DNA of 64,000 bases, from positions 1,011,564 through 1,075,563 of the forward strand of contig OZ244908.1 in assembly GCA_965221705.1 (NCBI GenBank), read 5' to 3'. The notes beneath the pieces are model-generated. The model ran no database searches and was not told where the DNA came from. It saw only the letters and a program-made list of their open reading frames with translations. Of the stretch, positions 41,773 through 51,861 are shown in pieces. Made by a program: the position numbers and the translations under genes. Position 1 is the stretch's first letter; the number at the start of each line of letters is the position of its first letter. Source of the DNA: Dehalococcoidia bacterium. GTDB taxonomy: Bacteria; Chloroflexota; Dehalococcoidia; Bin125.

Positions 41773-43077
41773 GTGCAGGAGGAGCGCGAGATGCCCACTG
41801 ATGCTGATCGGACGGTCGACGAGCAGCCTTTTGATGGTATTCGGGTGGTTGAGTTTGGACAGTTTGTGGCTGTGCCGTTCGCCGCGCAGCTGCTCGCCGA
41901 GGGCGGCGCTGAAGTGATCAAGATCGAGTCGCTGGAAGGCGATCCGACTCGTCGCCTGGGCCAGTTGTCGCCGATGGAGTCGCGGATCTATCTGTCTCGA
42001 AACCGTGGCAAGCGATCGCTGCCGTTGCATCTGAGACACGAGCGAGCGTCGGAGGTGATCGACGCCCTGCTCGAGCGGGCGGATGTGGCGTTGATGAACT
42101 TCCGACCCGGTCTCGCCGAGCGGATCGGCTTGGACGCGAAGACGCTGATGGCGCGGTTCCCGCGCCTCGTCGTCGCCAGTGTGACGCCGTTTGGTCGCTA
42201 TGGGCCGGACGCGGGGCTTGCGGGAATGGACATCGTCGTCCAGGCGCGCAGCGGCCTGATGGTCGCCAACGGCCGCGAGCAGGACGGTCGACCATTGAGC
42301 GGCGATCCGGTCAGCGCCGACTACATGGCGGCGATGTCGTTGGCGTTCGGCATCGCTTCGGCGCTGCTCCGCCGCATGGTCACGGGGAAGGGCGGCGAGG
42401 TGCATGCCTCGCTGATGCAGGCGTCGATGACGTTGAACAACAATCAAATGCTGCGAGTGGCGTCCGCTGACGGACCAGCGCACGAAGAATCGAGGGCGCG
42501 ACTCGCCGAGATGCGGGCCGCAGGCGCGAGTTACGCAGAGCAGCGCGGCGCGCAGCCATCGGCGCGGGCGCGGACGATGGCTGACATCTACTTTCGCACG
42601 TACACGACGGCCGACGGCTGGATCGCGATTGCGTGCGGCAGTCGCAAGTTGCGCGCCGCGTTCATTGAGGCGATCGGACTCGACGATCCGCACGCTGGCG
42701 ACGAAGTCCCGGACGCGGACTACTATCCCGCCTTGCAGGCGGCGGCCGAACGACGCATGCAGGAGCGCGAGACATCGGAGTGGGAGGCGACGCTCGCCGA
42801 GGCCGGCGTGCCCGCGTCTCGCGTGTTGCTGCCGTTCGAGCTGCTTGATGATCCTCAGGTCGCCGCCAACGACATGCTCTACGACCTTGAGCATCCCGAG
42901 ATTGGTCCGATTCGTTTGCTCGCGCCGCCGGTGGCGCTTGATCGGGACGGGTTTCGGCAGCTCGAGGCGACCAAGCCGTTCGCGAGTGAGACGCGTGAGA
43001 TTCTCAGTGAGCTCGGATTCGACGCCGCGCAGATCGGCGAGCTCGTCGAGTCGGGCGCGACGCGGGACGCGATCTGA
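41773..43077 (+). CDS. Family III CoA-transferase (CaiB/BaiF family; alpha-methylacyl-CoA racemase / formyl-CoA transferase-like)
   Basis: GIRVVEFGQFVAVPFAAQLLAEGGAEVIKIE is the CaiB/BaiF N-terminal signature. The true start may be the downstream MPTDAD. Confidence 0.8.
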   Translation: MQEEREMPTDADRTVDEQPFDGIRVVEFGQFVAVPFAAQLLAEGGAEVIKIESLEGDPTRRLGQLSPMESRIYLSRNRGKRSLPLHLRHERASEVIDALLERADVALMNFRPGLAERIGLDAKTLMARFPRLVVASVTPFGRYGPDAGLAGMDIVVQARSGLMVANGREQDGRPLSGDPVSADYMAAMSLAFGIASALLRRMVTGKGGEVHASLMQASMTLNNNQMLRVASADGPAHEESRARLAEMRAAGASYAEQRGAQPSARARTMADIYFRTYTTADGWIAIACGSRKLRAAFIEAIGLDDPHAGDEVPDADYYPALQAAAERRMQERETSEWEATLAEAGVPASRVLLPFELLDDPQVAANDMLYDLEHPEIGPIRLLAPPVALDRDGFRQLEATKPFASETREILSELGFDAAQIGELVESGATRDAI

Positions 43078-43098
43078 GCCGCGCACTGGGCTGTTTGA

Positions 43099-44685
43099 TC
43101 AGCCGGAGAGCTTGCGCATCTGCGGGAAGAGGATCACGTCGCGGATCGACTGCGAGTTGGTCAGCAGCATCGCCAGGCGGTCCATGCCCATGCCCAGCCC
43201 GCCGGTGGGCGGCATGCCGTGTTCGAGGGCGGTGATGAAGTCCTCATCCATCTGCTCAGCCTCGTCGTCGCCGGCGGCTTTGAGCACGAGCTGTTCCTCG
43301 AATCGGCGTCGCTGGTCGACCGGGTCATTGAGCTCGGTGTAGGCGTTTGCGAGCTCCCATCCACCGACGAAGAGCTCAAAGCGCTCGACCAGCGTGTCGT
43401 CGTACTCGGTGCGTTTGGCCAACGGCGAAATGGCGAGCGGATAGTCGAGCAGAAAGGTCGGCTGATGCAGGTGCGGTTCGACTCGTTCCGAGACGAGTTC
43501 GTCGAACAGTTTGCCCCAGCCGGCATCGGTAGGCACGGGTATGCCTTGCTCGCGCAACAGATCGGTCATGGCGTCGACGGTGTCGAACTCGCGGAAGTCG
43601 ACGCCGACGTGCTCGTGTACGGCGTCGACCATGGTGACTCGTTGGAAGGGCGGCGAGAAGTCGATCTCGCCGTCGCGCCAGGGAACGGTCGTCGAGCCGA
43701 CGACCTCGCGCGCCACCGTTGAGAGCGCTGACTCGACCATTTCGGCGACGCCGTGGTAGTCGGTGTAGGCCTCGTAACTCTCGAGCATGGTGAACTCGGG
43801 ATTCCAACGATTGCCGACGCCCTCGTTGCGGAACACGCGGCCGATCTCGTAGACCTTGTCGAATCCGCCGACGATTAGGCGTTTGAGATGCAGTTCGAGG
43901 GCGATGCGCAGCTGGCGCGGCTCGTCCAGCGCGTTGAGATGGGTCAGGAACGGTCGCGCGGCGGCGCCGCCGGCCTCGGACTGCAGGACTGGCGTTTCGA
44001 CCTCGATGAACCCGCGGTCGTCCATGAATCGACGCATCGCCGCGATGATTTGTGAACGCGTCCGCAGTACGGCTTTGGCGTCGTCGTTGGCGATCAGATC
44101 CAGATAGCGCTGGCGATAGCGCGTTTCGACGTCCTGCAGTCCGTGGTACTTCTCGGGAGGCGGACGCAGGGATTTGCCGAGCATCGACAACGTCTCGACT
44201 TGAAGCGAGATTTCGCCGCGGCGCGAACGGATCAGCGCGCCCGAGGCTTCCGCGAAGTCGCCCAGGTCGAACGCTTCGAGCAGACTCCAGCTGTCGCCGA
44301 GCGCCCGTTTGCTGGCCATGAGCTGGATCTGCCCGGAGTCATCGACGAGGTCGACGAAGGCGATCCGACCCATGTGCCGAATCGCGTCGACGCGACCGGC
44401 CAGGGTGACCTGAGGCGCGTCTCGTTCTGACGTATCGGCGTGCTGCGCTTCGTCCGACTCAAATGTCTCAAACAGGACTCGCGCGGCGCCGATCGTGTGT
44501 GTGCGCGTTGTGCGCGGCGGATAGGGATTGACGCCATCCTGGCGAAGCGAGTCGGCCTTGGCTTGGCGCTCGGCGATGATTGATCGCAACCGTCGGCTGT
44601 CGCCCGACGGGTCGACCGATTCTGCCTGGTGTTCGACGGTGGCTGGTTCGCTGTCGCTCATGAATGCATGCCTCGGATTGGACAC
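43099..44685 (-). CDS. lysS: Lysine--tRNA ligase (class II)
   Basis: N-terminal OB fold, class II motifs and a canonical LysRS C-terminus ([30 protein letters not shown]). Confidence 0.95.
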   Translation of the reverse strand: MSNPRHAFMSDSEPATVEHQAESVDPSGDSRRLRSIIAERQAKADSLRQDGVNPYPPRTTRTHTIGAARVLFETFESDEAQHADTSERDAPQVTLAGRVDAIRHMGRIAFVDLVDDSGQIQLMASKRALGDSWSLLEAFDLGDFAEASGALIRSRRGEISLQVETLSMLGKSLRPPPEKYHGLQDVETRYRQRYLDLIANDDAKAVLRTRSQIIAAMRRFMDDRGFIEVETPVLQSEAGGAAARPFLTHLNALDEPRQLRIALELHLKRLIVGGFDKVYEIGRVFRNEGVGNRWNPEFTMLESYEAYTDYHGVAEMVESALSTVAREVVGSTTVPWRDGEIDFSPPFQRVTMVDAVHEHVGVDFREFDTVDAMTDLLREQGIPVPTDAGWGKLFDELVSERVEPHLHQPTFLLDYPLAISPLAKRTEYDDTLVERFELFVGGWELANAYTELNDPVDQRRRFEEQLVLKAAGDDEAEQMDEDFITALEHGMPPTGGLGMGMDRLAMLLTNSQSIRDVILFPQMRKLSG

Positions 44686-44757
44686 AGCGTAGGCGCGTGT
44701 CCGCCTGTGGCGGCCTCCCGGCCGCCTCGAAGGGCTGCAGCGGGGGTCCGCGGCTGA

Positions 44758-45237
44758 CTAGGAGATCGCCTTGACCTTGAACTTGCGCACGCCGGTGGGC
44801 GTGGCGACCTCGACGGTGTCGCCGACCTTGGCGCCCAATAGCGCCTTGCCGACTGGCGATTCGTCGGAGAGCAGGCCGTTCTTCGGGTCGACTTCGGCCG
44901 GGCCGACGATGCGGTAGTCGACATCGGTGCGTTTGGGCATGGGGCGGACCGTGACGGTGGAGCCAAGGCGGACCGTGTCCGAACCCTGGATCTCCTGCTC
45001 ATCGATCACTTCAGCGGCCGAGATGACCGCTTCGATTTCGAGGATTCGGCCCTCGATGAAGGCCTGTTCGTTCTTCGTCTCGGTGCCTTCGCCCTCGTCG
45101 CGCGCGCCGGGCGAGTCCTCGCGCGACTGCTGGATCAGCTCGGCCGCCTCGCGGCGGCGTTCTTTGAGCTGCACGAGCTCGTCGCGCAGCCGCTGCAGGC
45201 CATCTGCCGTGATTGGGACGGAACGTCGAAGTACCAC
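44758..45237 (-). CDS. greA: Transcription elongation factor GreA
   Basis: Coiled-coil N-terminal domain and FKBP-like C-terminal domain (ISDESPVGKALLGAKVGDTVEV); 159 aa. Confidence 0.95.
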   Translation of the reverse strand: MVLRRSVPITADGLQRLRDELVQLKERRREAAELIQQSREDSPGARDEGEGTETKNEQAFIEGRILEIEAVISAAEVIDEQEIQGSDTVRLGSTVTVRPMPKRTDVDYRIVGPAEVDPKNGLLSDESPVGKALLGAKVGDTVEVATPTGVRKFKVKAIS

Positions 45238-45314
45238 GAATGTCGCCTGACCGCTGGATGCTCGCCAACGCCCAACAGCGTTATGGCAGGCTACGATAGC
45301 ACCTACTTGCGAAC

Positions 45315-46532
45315 GTGCTGATACGCGCGTTGAAACACTTATGTAGCGTGCGTCACACTGCTCTCGTCGTTGTGCTCTCGGCCTTGATAGGGGCCGTCGT
45401 TGGCGCCGCAGTTGCGCTGATTATCGACTCAGACGGCGGTCGCTCAGCAGAGGAGACAAACGCCGTCATCACGGCGGCGGTCGAGTCTGAAGTTGAGCGA
45501 GCGCTGATCGAGTCTGATGCGCGCGGCTCGGCCGAGCTGGCGAGTTTGCTCAATGAATCGCTATCGAGCCAAGAGCGACGCATCGCCGAAGTGTTCGCGC
45601 AGGTCGAGCCGTCGGTCGTGGTCATCGACGCCGAGAGCCCAGAGCGTCGAAACGAGGAGGGCGTGCTCATTGTCCCAGCGGCGCTGGCGACCGGATTTGC
45701 GCTCGACGGCGACGGACACATCGTCACTGCGGCGCACGTGATCGAGGGGATGACGAGTTTCACGATCATCCTGGCGTCGGGCGATCGTTGGCCGGCGGAG
45801 CGCGTTGGCGACGATCGTCCGTTTTCCGACGTCGCAGTCTTACGGATCAGGTCCGACGAGGCGCTCGCTGACCTGGTCGTGCCCAGCTTCGGCCAGACAG
45901 TCGGGATCGAGACGGGTGAGCCCGTGCTCGCGATTGGCAATACGCTGTTGGGAGCGGAGATCGCGGTCACCGCGGGCATCGTCAGCGATCCGGACACAAC
46001 GTTTTTTCGCGAACGCTACGAGCAAGATCACCTGATTCAAACCGATGCGGCGCTCAATCACGGCAACTCGGGCGGCGTGCTCGTTGATCTCGATGGAGAC
46101 ATCATCGGCATGACCGCTGTGATCGCTCGAGAGACGCAGGACGGCAACTTCGTCGATGGCGTCGGTTTCGCGATTCAGATCGATGCCGTGCTCGAAGTCG
46201 CGCGCGGCATCGCCGCCGACGGCTTCTATCCGCGGCCGACGTTCGGGGTCGTGGATGAGCGTCTGCTGACGCCGACGGCGGCGGCGCAGCTGGACCTGGA
46301 AGTGACGCAGGGGTCGTTTCTAATCGAACTCGAGCGCGGCGGCGCGTTCGCGCGCGCCGGGATTCGGCCCGGAGACGTGTTGCGCGGTCTGAACGACATC
46401 GTGATCAACGCCGACATGCCGTACCTCAACGCGCTCGCGACGCTGCGCCCTGAAGAGCCGGTGATCGTTCATATCCACCGCGGCGGCGAGGAGTATCGCC
46501 TCAGCATCGCGCCAGATTTGCGCGCCCCGTGA
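45315..46532 (+). CDS. HtrA/DegP-family trypsin-like serine protease with a C-terminal PDZ domain, membrane-anchored
   Basis: N-terminal transmembrane helix, catalytic triad motifs (HIVTAAHV, SDVAVL, GNSGGVLVDLDGDIIGM) and a PDZ region (FLIELERGGAFARAGIRPGDVL). Confidence 0.85.
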   Translation: MLIRALKHLCSVRHTALVVVLSALIGAVVGAAVALIIDSDGGRSAEETNAVITAAVESEVERALIESDARGSAELASLLNESLSSQERRIAEVFAQVEPSVVVIDAESPERRNEEGVLIVPAALATGFALDGDGHIVTAAHVIEGMTSFTIILASGDRWPAERVGDDRPFSDVAVLRIRSDEALADLVVPSFGQTVGIETGEPVLAIGNTLLGAEIAVTAGIVSDPDTTFFRERYEQDHLIQTDAALNHGNSGGVLVDLDGDIIGMTAVIARETQDGNFVDGVGFAIQIDAVLEVARGIAADGFYPRPTFGVVDERLLTPTAAAQLDLEVTQGSFLIELERGGAFARAGIRPGDVLRGLNDIVINADMPYLNALATLRPEEPVIVHIHRGGEEYRLSIAPDLRAP

Positions 46533-48346
46533 GCAGTCGAGACGGCGGCGAGTGGCAACCTCGACCGGCGCGTCGGATTGGCGATCCGCCGCCGGCGCCT
46601 TCGCGGCAGAGTCCGCAGTCGCGGCCGAGTTCGCAGTCGATAGAGCAGGCGCCGTTCGAGCCGGAACTGCAATCGAGGCCGATTCAGCAACCATCCGGCG
46701 TCGGCTCTCGCGGCGGCGATGCGGGCGCTCGAGGTGTCGGCGGCTTGCTGGCGCTGCTCATCGTCGCGCTCGTGGTCGCAGTGGTGATCGTGGTCTTCTT
46801 CGAGCCGGGGCTGGTCGATACCAGCGTCTCAGGCTCTGAGACCGGCGGCGGCGACGCCCAGGCGTCCGGATTGTCAGTCACTGGACCTGTCGTCCGTTTG
46901 ATGCAGCCGGCGCCGCCGATTCCGGATGTGCTTGGCGCGGCGTCGCCGATCTATGAGATCGCCATGCCTGATCAGCGGCTGGGGCCGTACGACTTCACCT
47001 TGCGGCTCACGAGTCCGACGACCGATCCGCGAAATCTCGGCGCCTTTACGTGGAATGGACAGGATTGGGTTCGCCTGGGCGAGGTCACGCTGAGCAGCGA
47101 CGGCGTCTCGGCGCGAGTCACGCTGAACGACGCGCCTGAGAATCTGGCGATCATGCGCCGCCTCAGATTCCGCGACGTGATCGCGGGACGCGTGCCGCGC
47201 GGCGATGAACCGCAGTCGGCATTGGCGGGCTCGTTGACGATTGTGCATCCCGACGGCTGGCAGCCGGGAGAGGACGCCTCGTTGCTTGGTTCGGTCGACT
47301 TGCCGTCGTCCGTTGTCTCACCGACTGTGTGGCCGACGGTCTCGGCCGATCCTGCGGATGCTGATCTGGTCAACGACATCCTCGCATCGGACAACATGCG
47401 TCGCCAGCACATCGCCAACATCCAGCACGCGATCCAGAGCGGTCAGCACGACGGCGTCGACATTCACTATCTCGACGTCTCACCGGCGCTGCGTCCGCAG
47501 TTCACGTCGTTCATCAGCGAGCTCGCCGAGCGGCTGCATCGCGACGATCGCGGGCTCTCGGTGCACGTGCCGATCACGGCGTCAGGCGGCGTCGGCGAGG
47601 GCGCCTACGACCTCTCGCAGTTGGGCGCCCTCGCGGACTTCATCGTGATCGAGCCGCCGCTCGATCCGACGTTGTTTCAGGCCGCGATTGACGCTTCGTT
47701 GCCGACGCTCCTGGAGCGGGTCGACAGAGACAAACTGCTGCTGGCGCTGCCCAGCAACGCAGTCGTGCACAGCGCCGGCGGGTATCGGGAGATCTCGCAG
47801 CGCGAGGCCTTGAGGATCGCTTCGACGCTGAGCATTCGAGAGCCTGGGCCGTATCGCCCTGGTGTCCGCGTGACGTTGCAGGGCAACTCGATCATGCTCG
47901 ACAACCTCTCGGGCGGGTTGCGCTGGGACAACGTCAACCGAGTCGTGAGTTTCACCTATCCCGACCAAGCCGGCACGCCGGTGACGATCTGGATTCACAA
48001 TCGATTCAGCGCGGCCTTTCGCCTGCTCGTGGTTTCGCAGTCGGAGCTGGGCGGCGTGTATGTGAGCAATGCATCGGCCGATCCGGGCAACGCCAATCTG
48101 TGGCCGGCGATCGCGGCGTTCTTCGAGTCGGGCGCGCCTGACTTGCGCCTGCCCAATGCGATTCTGTTCGCTCCCGTCTTCAGCGTCGATGCGGGCGAGC
48201 TTTCGGGCGCGAGCGGCAACGGTTGGCAGTTCTGGGATGTGCCCAACGTGCCGGGCGACTACCAGGCGCAGCTGGTCATCTCGGATGGCGATGTGCGAGT
48301 CGGCAACGTGATTACGGCGCCGATCCGCGCGGAAGGCCAGGAGTGA
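46529..48346 (+). CDS. Membrane-anchored protein with a Pro-rich N-terminus and a GH18-like (chitinase-fold) domain that appears to lack the catalytic Glu
   Basis: Pro/Ser/Gln-rich N-terminus, a transmembrane helix (GLLALLIVALVVAVVIVVFF), and a DGVDIHYLD motif aligning with the GH18 DGxDxDWE box in which Trp-Glu is replaced by Leu-Asp. Overlaps the upstream HtrA-like gene by 4 nt. Confidence 0.5.
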   Translation: MSSRDGGEWQPRPARRIGDPPPAPSRQSPQSRPSSQSIEQAPFEPELQSRPIQQPSGVGSRGGDAGARGVGGLLALLIVALVVAVVIVVFFEPGLVDTSVSGSETGGGDAQASGLSVTGPVVRLMQPAPPIPDVLGAASPIYEIAMPDQRLGPYDFTLRLTSPTTDPRNLGAFTWNGQDWVRLGEVTLSSDGVSARVTLNDAPENLAIMRRLRFRDVIAGRVPRGDEPQSALAGSLTIVHPDGWQPGEDASLLGSVDLPSSVVSPTVWPTVSADPADADLVNDILASDNMRRQHIANIQHAIQSGQHDGVDIHYLDVSPALRPQFTSFISELAERLHRDDRGLSVHVPITASGGVGEGAYDLSQLGALADFIVIEPPLDPTLFQAAIDASLPTLLERVDRDKLLLALPSNAVVHSAGGYREISQREALRIASTLSIREPGPYRPGVRVTLQGNSIMLDNLSGGLRWDNVNRVVSFTYPDQAGTPVTIWIHNRFSAAFRLLVVSQSELGGVYVSNASADPGNANLWPAIAAFFESGAPDLRLPNAILFAPVFSVDAGELSGASGNGWQFWDVPNVPGDYQAQLVISDGDVRVGNVITAPIRAEGQE

Positions 48347-48358
48347 CGAGCATCAACC

Positions 48359-48940
48359 ATGGCGTCGTCACATCCGCGCGTCGTTGGAGGATCGCTGGCC
48401 GGGCGTCGTCTGCGATCGCCCGCGAACGGCACTCGGCCGGCGACGGCGATCGTTCGATCGGCGATCTTTGATCGAGCTGAGATTCGCGACAGGGTCGAGG
48501 GCGCGCGCGTGCTGGATCTCTATGCGGGCGCGGGATATCTGGGCATCGAAGCATTGAGCCGCGGCGCGGAGTTCGTCGACTTCGTCGAGCGCAACGGACC
48601 CGCCTGCGCCGTGATTCGTCGCAATCTCGAGGCGTTGGGTTTGAGCGATCGCGCGCGGGTGCATCGATTGCCGGTTGAGCGTTGCGCGACCCGCGTACCG
48701 CTCGATCCTGACCTGATCTTCATCGATCCTCCGTATCGCGTTGACGCGTTGGCGGCGGTCGAGGCGTATCTTGGGCGCGCTGAGTTGCCGTCGGGCGCGA
48801 TCGCGGTCTGGCGTCGGTTGCGGCGCGCCTCAGGCGGCGTCAATCCGCCGCCGAGTCGCATCGGTGGACTAGTCCGAGTTGACCAACGGCGCTATGGTGA
48901 CGGCGCTATCGATACGTACCGCACGGAGGCGCCGACATGA
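48359..48940 (+). CDS. rsmD: 16S rRNA (guanine966-N2)-methyltransferase RsmD
   Basis: RVVGGSLAGRRL, VLDLYAGAGYLGIEALSRGA and DPPY motifs; conserved rsmD-coaD pairing. Confidence 0.85.
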   Translation: MASSHPRVVGGSLAGRRLRSPANGTRPATAIVRSAIFDRAEIRDRVEGARVLDLYAGAGYLGIEALSRGAEFVDFVERNGPACAVIRRNLEALGLSDRARVHRLPVERCATRVPLDPDLIFIDPPYRVDALAAVEAYLGRAELPSGAIAVWRRLRRASGGVNPPPSRIGGLVRVDQRRYGDGAIDTYRTEAPT

Positions 48941-49428
48941 CGATTGCGCTCTACCCGGGGGGCTTCGATCCGATTACGAATGGTCATCTCGACATCGTGC
49001 AGCGAGCCGCGGGGATGTTCGATGAGGTGGTGATGGCCATTTACCCGCGATCGAGCGAGACGTTCAGCGTCGACGAACGTCTGGCGATGATCGAAGGCGC
49101 GACCAGGCACTGTCCGAATGTCCGCGCGGCCAAGTTCACTGGACTGGTAGTCAACTTCGCCGACGAGGTCGGCGCGAGCGTGTTGGTGCGCGGGATCCGC
49201 GCCGTGACCGGCTTTGAGGCCGAGTTCGACATGGCGCTGATGAACAAGAAGATGGCGCCGCACATTGAGTCGGTGTTTCTGATGTCGGGCCACGAGCACC
49301 TGTTCATCTCAGCGAGTCGGATACGGGAGCTGGCGTCGCTCAAGCATCCAGTGGATGATTTGGTGCCGCCCAATGTCGCGAAGGCGTTGATCGAACGGTA
49401 CGGTCCGCCGCTGCGGCGCGAATCCTGA
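48937..49428 (+). CDS. coaD: Phosphopantetheine adenylyltransferase
   Basis: ALYPGGFDPITNGHLDIV is the canonical CoaD N-terminus; 163 aa. Confidence 0.95.
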   Translation: MTIALYPGGFDPITNGHLDIVQRAAGMFDEVVMAIYPRSSETFSVDERLAMIEGATRHCPNVRAAKFTGLVVNFADEVGASVLVRGIRAVTGFEAEFDMALMNKKMAPHIESVFLMSGHEHLFISASRIRELASLKHPVDDLVPPNVAKALIERYGPPLRRES

Positions 49429-49573
49429 GCCTCCCGCGCTTCCGACAGCGCGACGAGCGTTCTGCGCTGCGCATTCTCCGCGGCGAATCCTGCGCTAGAG
49501 TCAAACACGGCGAGGCTCAGGGCAGGAGCGCACCATCGACCTCCTCGAACTGATCGATCAGATCGAAGCTGCG

Positions 49574-50131
49574 GTGATCGCGGGTCGACGCAGCCGCTTC
49601 GGTTCTGGCTGGACCGTTGACCGAGAGGAACTGCTTGACCTGATCGACCGCCTGCGCCTGGCGGCCCCGGCCTCGGCGGATCAGGCGCAACGACTTTTGG
49701 AAGAGCGTGAGCAGCTGCTCCAGCAGACGCAGGAGGAGGCGGCGATTCTCGCCGCCCAGGCTCGGCGGGACGCCGAGCAGCAAGTGTCCTTGCACGAGTT
49801 GGTGACCAATGCCGAGGCGCGCGCGGAGAGCATCCTCGCGCAGGCGCACGAGACGGCGACAGACACGTTGAGACGAGCCAATGACGAGGCGGCCGCCGTT
49901 CGCGGGCAGGCGACGACCGAAGCGGTCTCGCAGGCGCTTGAGGCCGACCGGTACTCGCTTGAGATGCTGCGCCGACTGGGCGATCAGCTGCGTTCGATGC
50001 AGACCTCAGTCAGCGGCGCGATCGACCAGCTCGAGCTCAAGGTGACGCAGGGCGAGGAGTCGCAGGAGATCGACCGCCGCGATGAAACAGCGCGGCGCGC
50101 GCTGGCTCACCGCGAGCTGGACGATGTCTAA
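49574..50131 (+). CDS. Hypothetical coiled-coil protein (Ala/Glu/Arg/Gln-rich)
   Basis: 185-aa ORF with an unambiguous in-frame GTG start and strongly helical, repetitive composition. No recognisable catalytic motif; function unknown. Confidence 0.5.
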   Translation: MIAGRRSRFGSGWTVDREELLDLIDRLRLAAPASADQAQRLLEEREQLLQQTQEEAAILAAQARRDAEQQVSLHELVTNAEARAESILAQAHETATDTLRRANDEAAAVRGQATTEAVSQALEADRYSLEMLRRLGDQLRSMQTSVSGAIDQLELKVTQGEESQEIDRRDETARRALAHRELDDV

Positions 50132-50149
50132 TCGAGAGCTCGTTGGCGG

Positions 50150-51229
50150 CTAGCTCACGGCCTCCGCGACTCGCGGTCGCGGCGCCAGCGGATGCCCGAC
50201 GGCCTCACCGACGCGCTCGAGCGAGCGCATGAGCCCGTCGAAGTTGTCGAACGTCAGCGACTGCGGCCCATCAGAGAGCGCATGGTCGGGGCTGTCGTGG
50301 ACTTCGACCATGAGGCCGTCGGCGCCCACCGCCATCGACGCGCGCGCCATCGGCTCGACGAGGTACCAGTGACCGGTGCCGTGCGCCGGATCGCTGACGA
50401 TCGGCAGGTGGCTGAGTCGCTTGACGACCGGGATCGCTGAGAGGTCGAGCGTGTTGCGGGTCGAGGTTTCGAAGGTGCGGATGCCGCGTTCGCAGAGGAT
50501 GACGTCGCGGTTGCCCTTGGACATGATGTACTCAGCGGCGAGCAGCCATTCGTCGATCGTGGCCGAAAGGCCGCGCTTGAGCATGACCGGCTTGCGCGCC
50601 AGACCGACTTCGTCGAGCAACATGAAGTTCTGCATGTTGCGCGTTCCGATCTGCAGGATGTCGGCGTAGCGAGCCACGAGTTCGACATCGCGCGCGTCCA
50701 TGACTTCGGTGATCACCGGCAGCCCGGTCTCTTCGCGCGCCGTCGCCAGGTGCTGGAGACCTTCTTCGCCGAGGCCTCGGAACGCATAGGGAGAGGTGCG
50801 CGGCTTGAACGCGCCTCCGCGCAGGATCTGCGCTCCCGAGGCGGCCACGGCCTTGGCCGTCGTGACCATGTGCTCTTCGTTCTCAATCGAACAGGGGCCA
50901 GCCATGACGACCATCGAGCCGTCGCCAATCTTGACGCCGCCGACATCGATCACGGTGTCGTCCTTTTGGAACTCGCGTCCCGTCAGCTTGTACGGACGTG
51001 AGATGGCGATGACCTCTTCGACGCCGGCCATGCGGCTCATGGCGGTGCGAATGTCGGGATCGCCGATGACGCCGACGGCGCCGATCACGACTCGTTCCTC
51101 ACCGGGGGAGAGGTGTCCTTCGAGGTTGACTTCCTTGAGTCGGGCGAGCACACCGCGAACCTCTTCATCGGTGGCGCCTATTTTCATCACAATCAGCATG
51201 GTTCGATCCTTCTCGCTCATCTGGTCCAC
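50150..51229 (-). CDS. aroG: 3-deoxy-7-phosphoheptulonate (DAHP) synthase, class I-beta (KDO8P-synthase-like) with an N-terminal regulatory domain
   Basis: Core sequence (VMAGPCSIE..., [24 protein letters not shown]..., SDPAHG) matches AroA(I-beta)-type DAHP synthases with an about 80-aa N-terminal ferredoxin-like/ACT-like extension. Confidence 0.85.
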   Translation of the reverse strand: MDQMSEKDRTMLIVMKIGATDEEVRGVLARLKEVNLEGHLSPGEERVVIGAVGVIGDPDIRTAMSRMAGVEEVIAISRPYKLTGREFQKDDTVIDVGGVKIGDGSMVVMAGPCSIENEEHMVTTAKAVAASGAQILRGGAFKPRTSPYAFRGLGEEGLQHLATAREETGLPVITEVMDARDVELVARYADILQIGTRNMQNFMLLDEVGLARKPVMLKRGLSATIDEWLLAAEYIMSKGNRDVILCERGIRTFETSTRNTLDLSAIPVVKRLSHLPIVSDPAHGTGHWYLVEPMARASMAVGADGLMVEVHDSPDHALSDGPQSLTFDNFDGLMRSLERVGEAVGHPLAPRPRVAEAVS

Positions 51230-51274
51230 CTACCAGTGTTACTGGCATCGTGGCGCTGGTTCTGGGTAGAAGCG

Positions 51275-51679
51275 TTAATCCTCTGAATCCGCTGTCAGAT
51301 CGGGACGAAGGATTTTCGCCCCTCGCAGGTAGACGTGTTCCATCTCTCTCTGCCGCAATGGCGTGTTGACATGCAAGAGAATGCGCAGGCACGAGTCCAA
51401 CGCTCCTGGCACTTGCATCTCATGCGCGCACATCAGCGCGGCGTGATCGAGTTTGAACTGCTGTCGTGCAACGACGGCGGGGAATTCCGCGTTGACGTCG
51501 GGCGTCGTCGTGAACCAGGCCGAGGCGACCTCATCGATGTCGAAGTGGTTGCGGGCGATCATTTCACCGAGCAACTCTTCGGTGGCTTCACGAATGTCGG
51601 CCGGCGAGTTGCTGGTCACGGTCGTTGCGCCGCGAATGCCTCTTAGTCGCCAGGCTGATTCGGAGTCACGGTTCGACAT
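51275..51679 (-). CDS. aroH: Chorismate mutase, AroH class (monofunctional)
   Basis: LRGIRGATTV..., ...TPDVNAEFPA..., ...HVYLRGAKILRPDL align well with Bacillus AroH-type chorismate mutase. Confidence 0.85.
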   Translation of the reverse strand: MSNRDSESAWRLRGIRGATTVTSNSPADIREATEELLGEMIARNHFDIDEVASAWFTTTPDVNAEFPAVVARQQFKLDHAALMCAHEMQVPGALDSCLRILLHVNTPLRQREMEHVYLRGAKILRPDLTADSED

Positions 51680-51861
51680 CGTCAGGTGGTTCGCTGGTTC
51701 GGTTGGTTGACACGCGCAGTGTCGAGGGTTGAAGCGGGGCGATCAGCGGAGCGACGTAGGGCGTCGCGCAGCGATCTAGCGGCCAGCCACAAAGTCGCCG
51801 GCCGCGGAGATATAGACGCAATCGTTGAACAGCAGCTGAACGGTGATGCTGCGAATGCTCA

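Noticed and set aside
41722-43086. 454-aa minus-strand ORF antisense to the CoA-transferase gene
   Set aside because: The plus-strand product has the clear CaiB/BaiF N-terminal signature. The minus-strand translation is Arg-rich with no recognisable domain.
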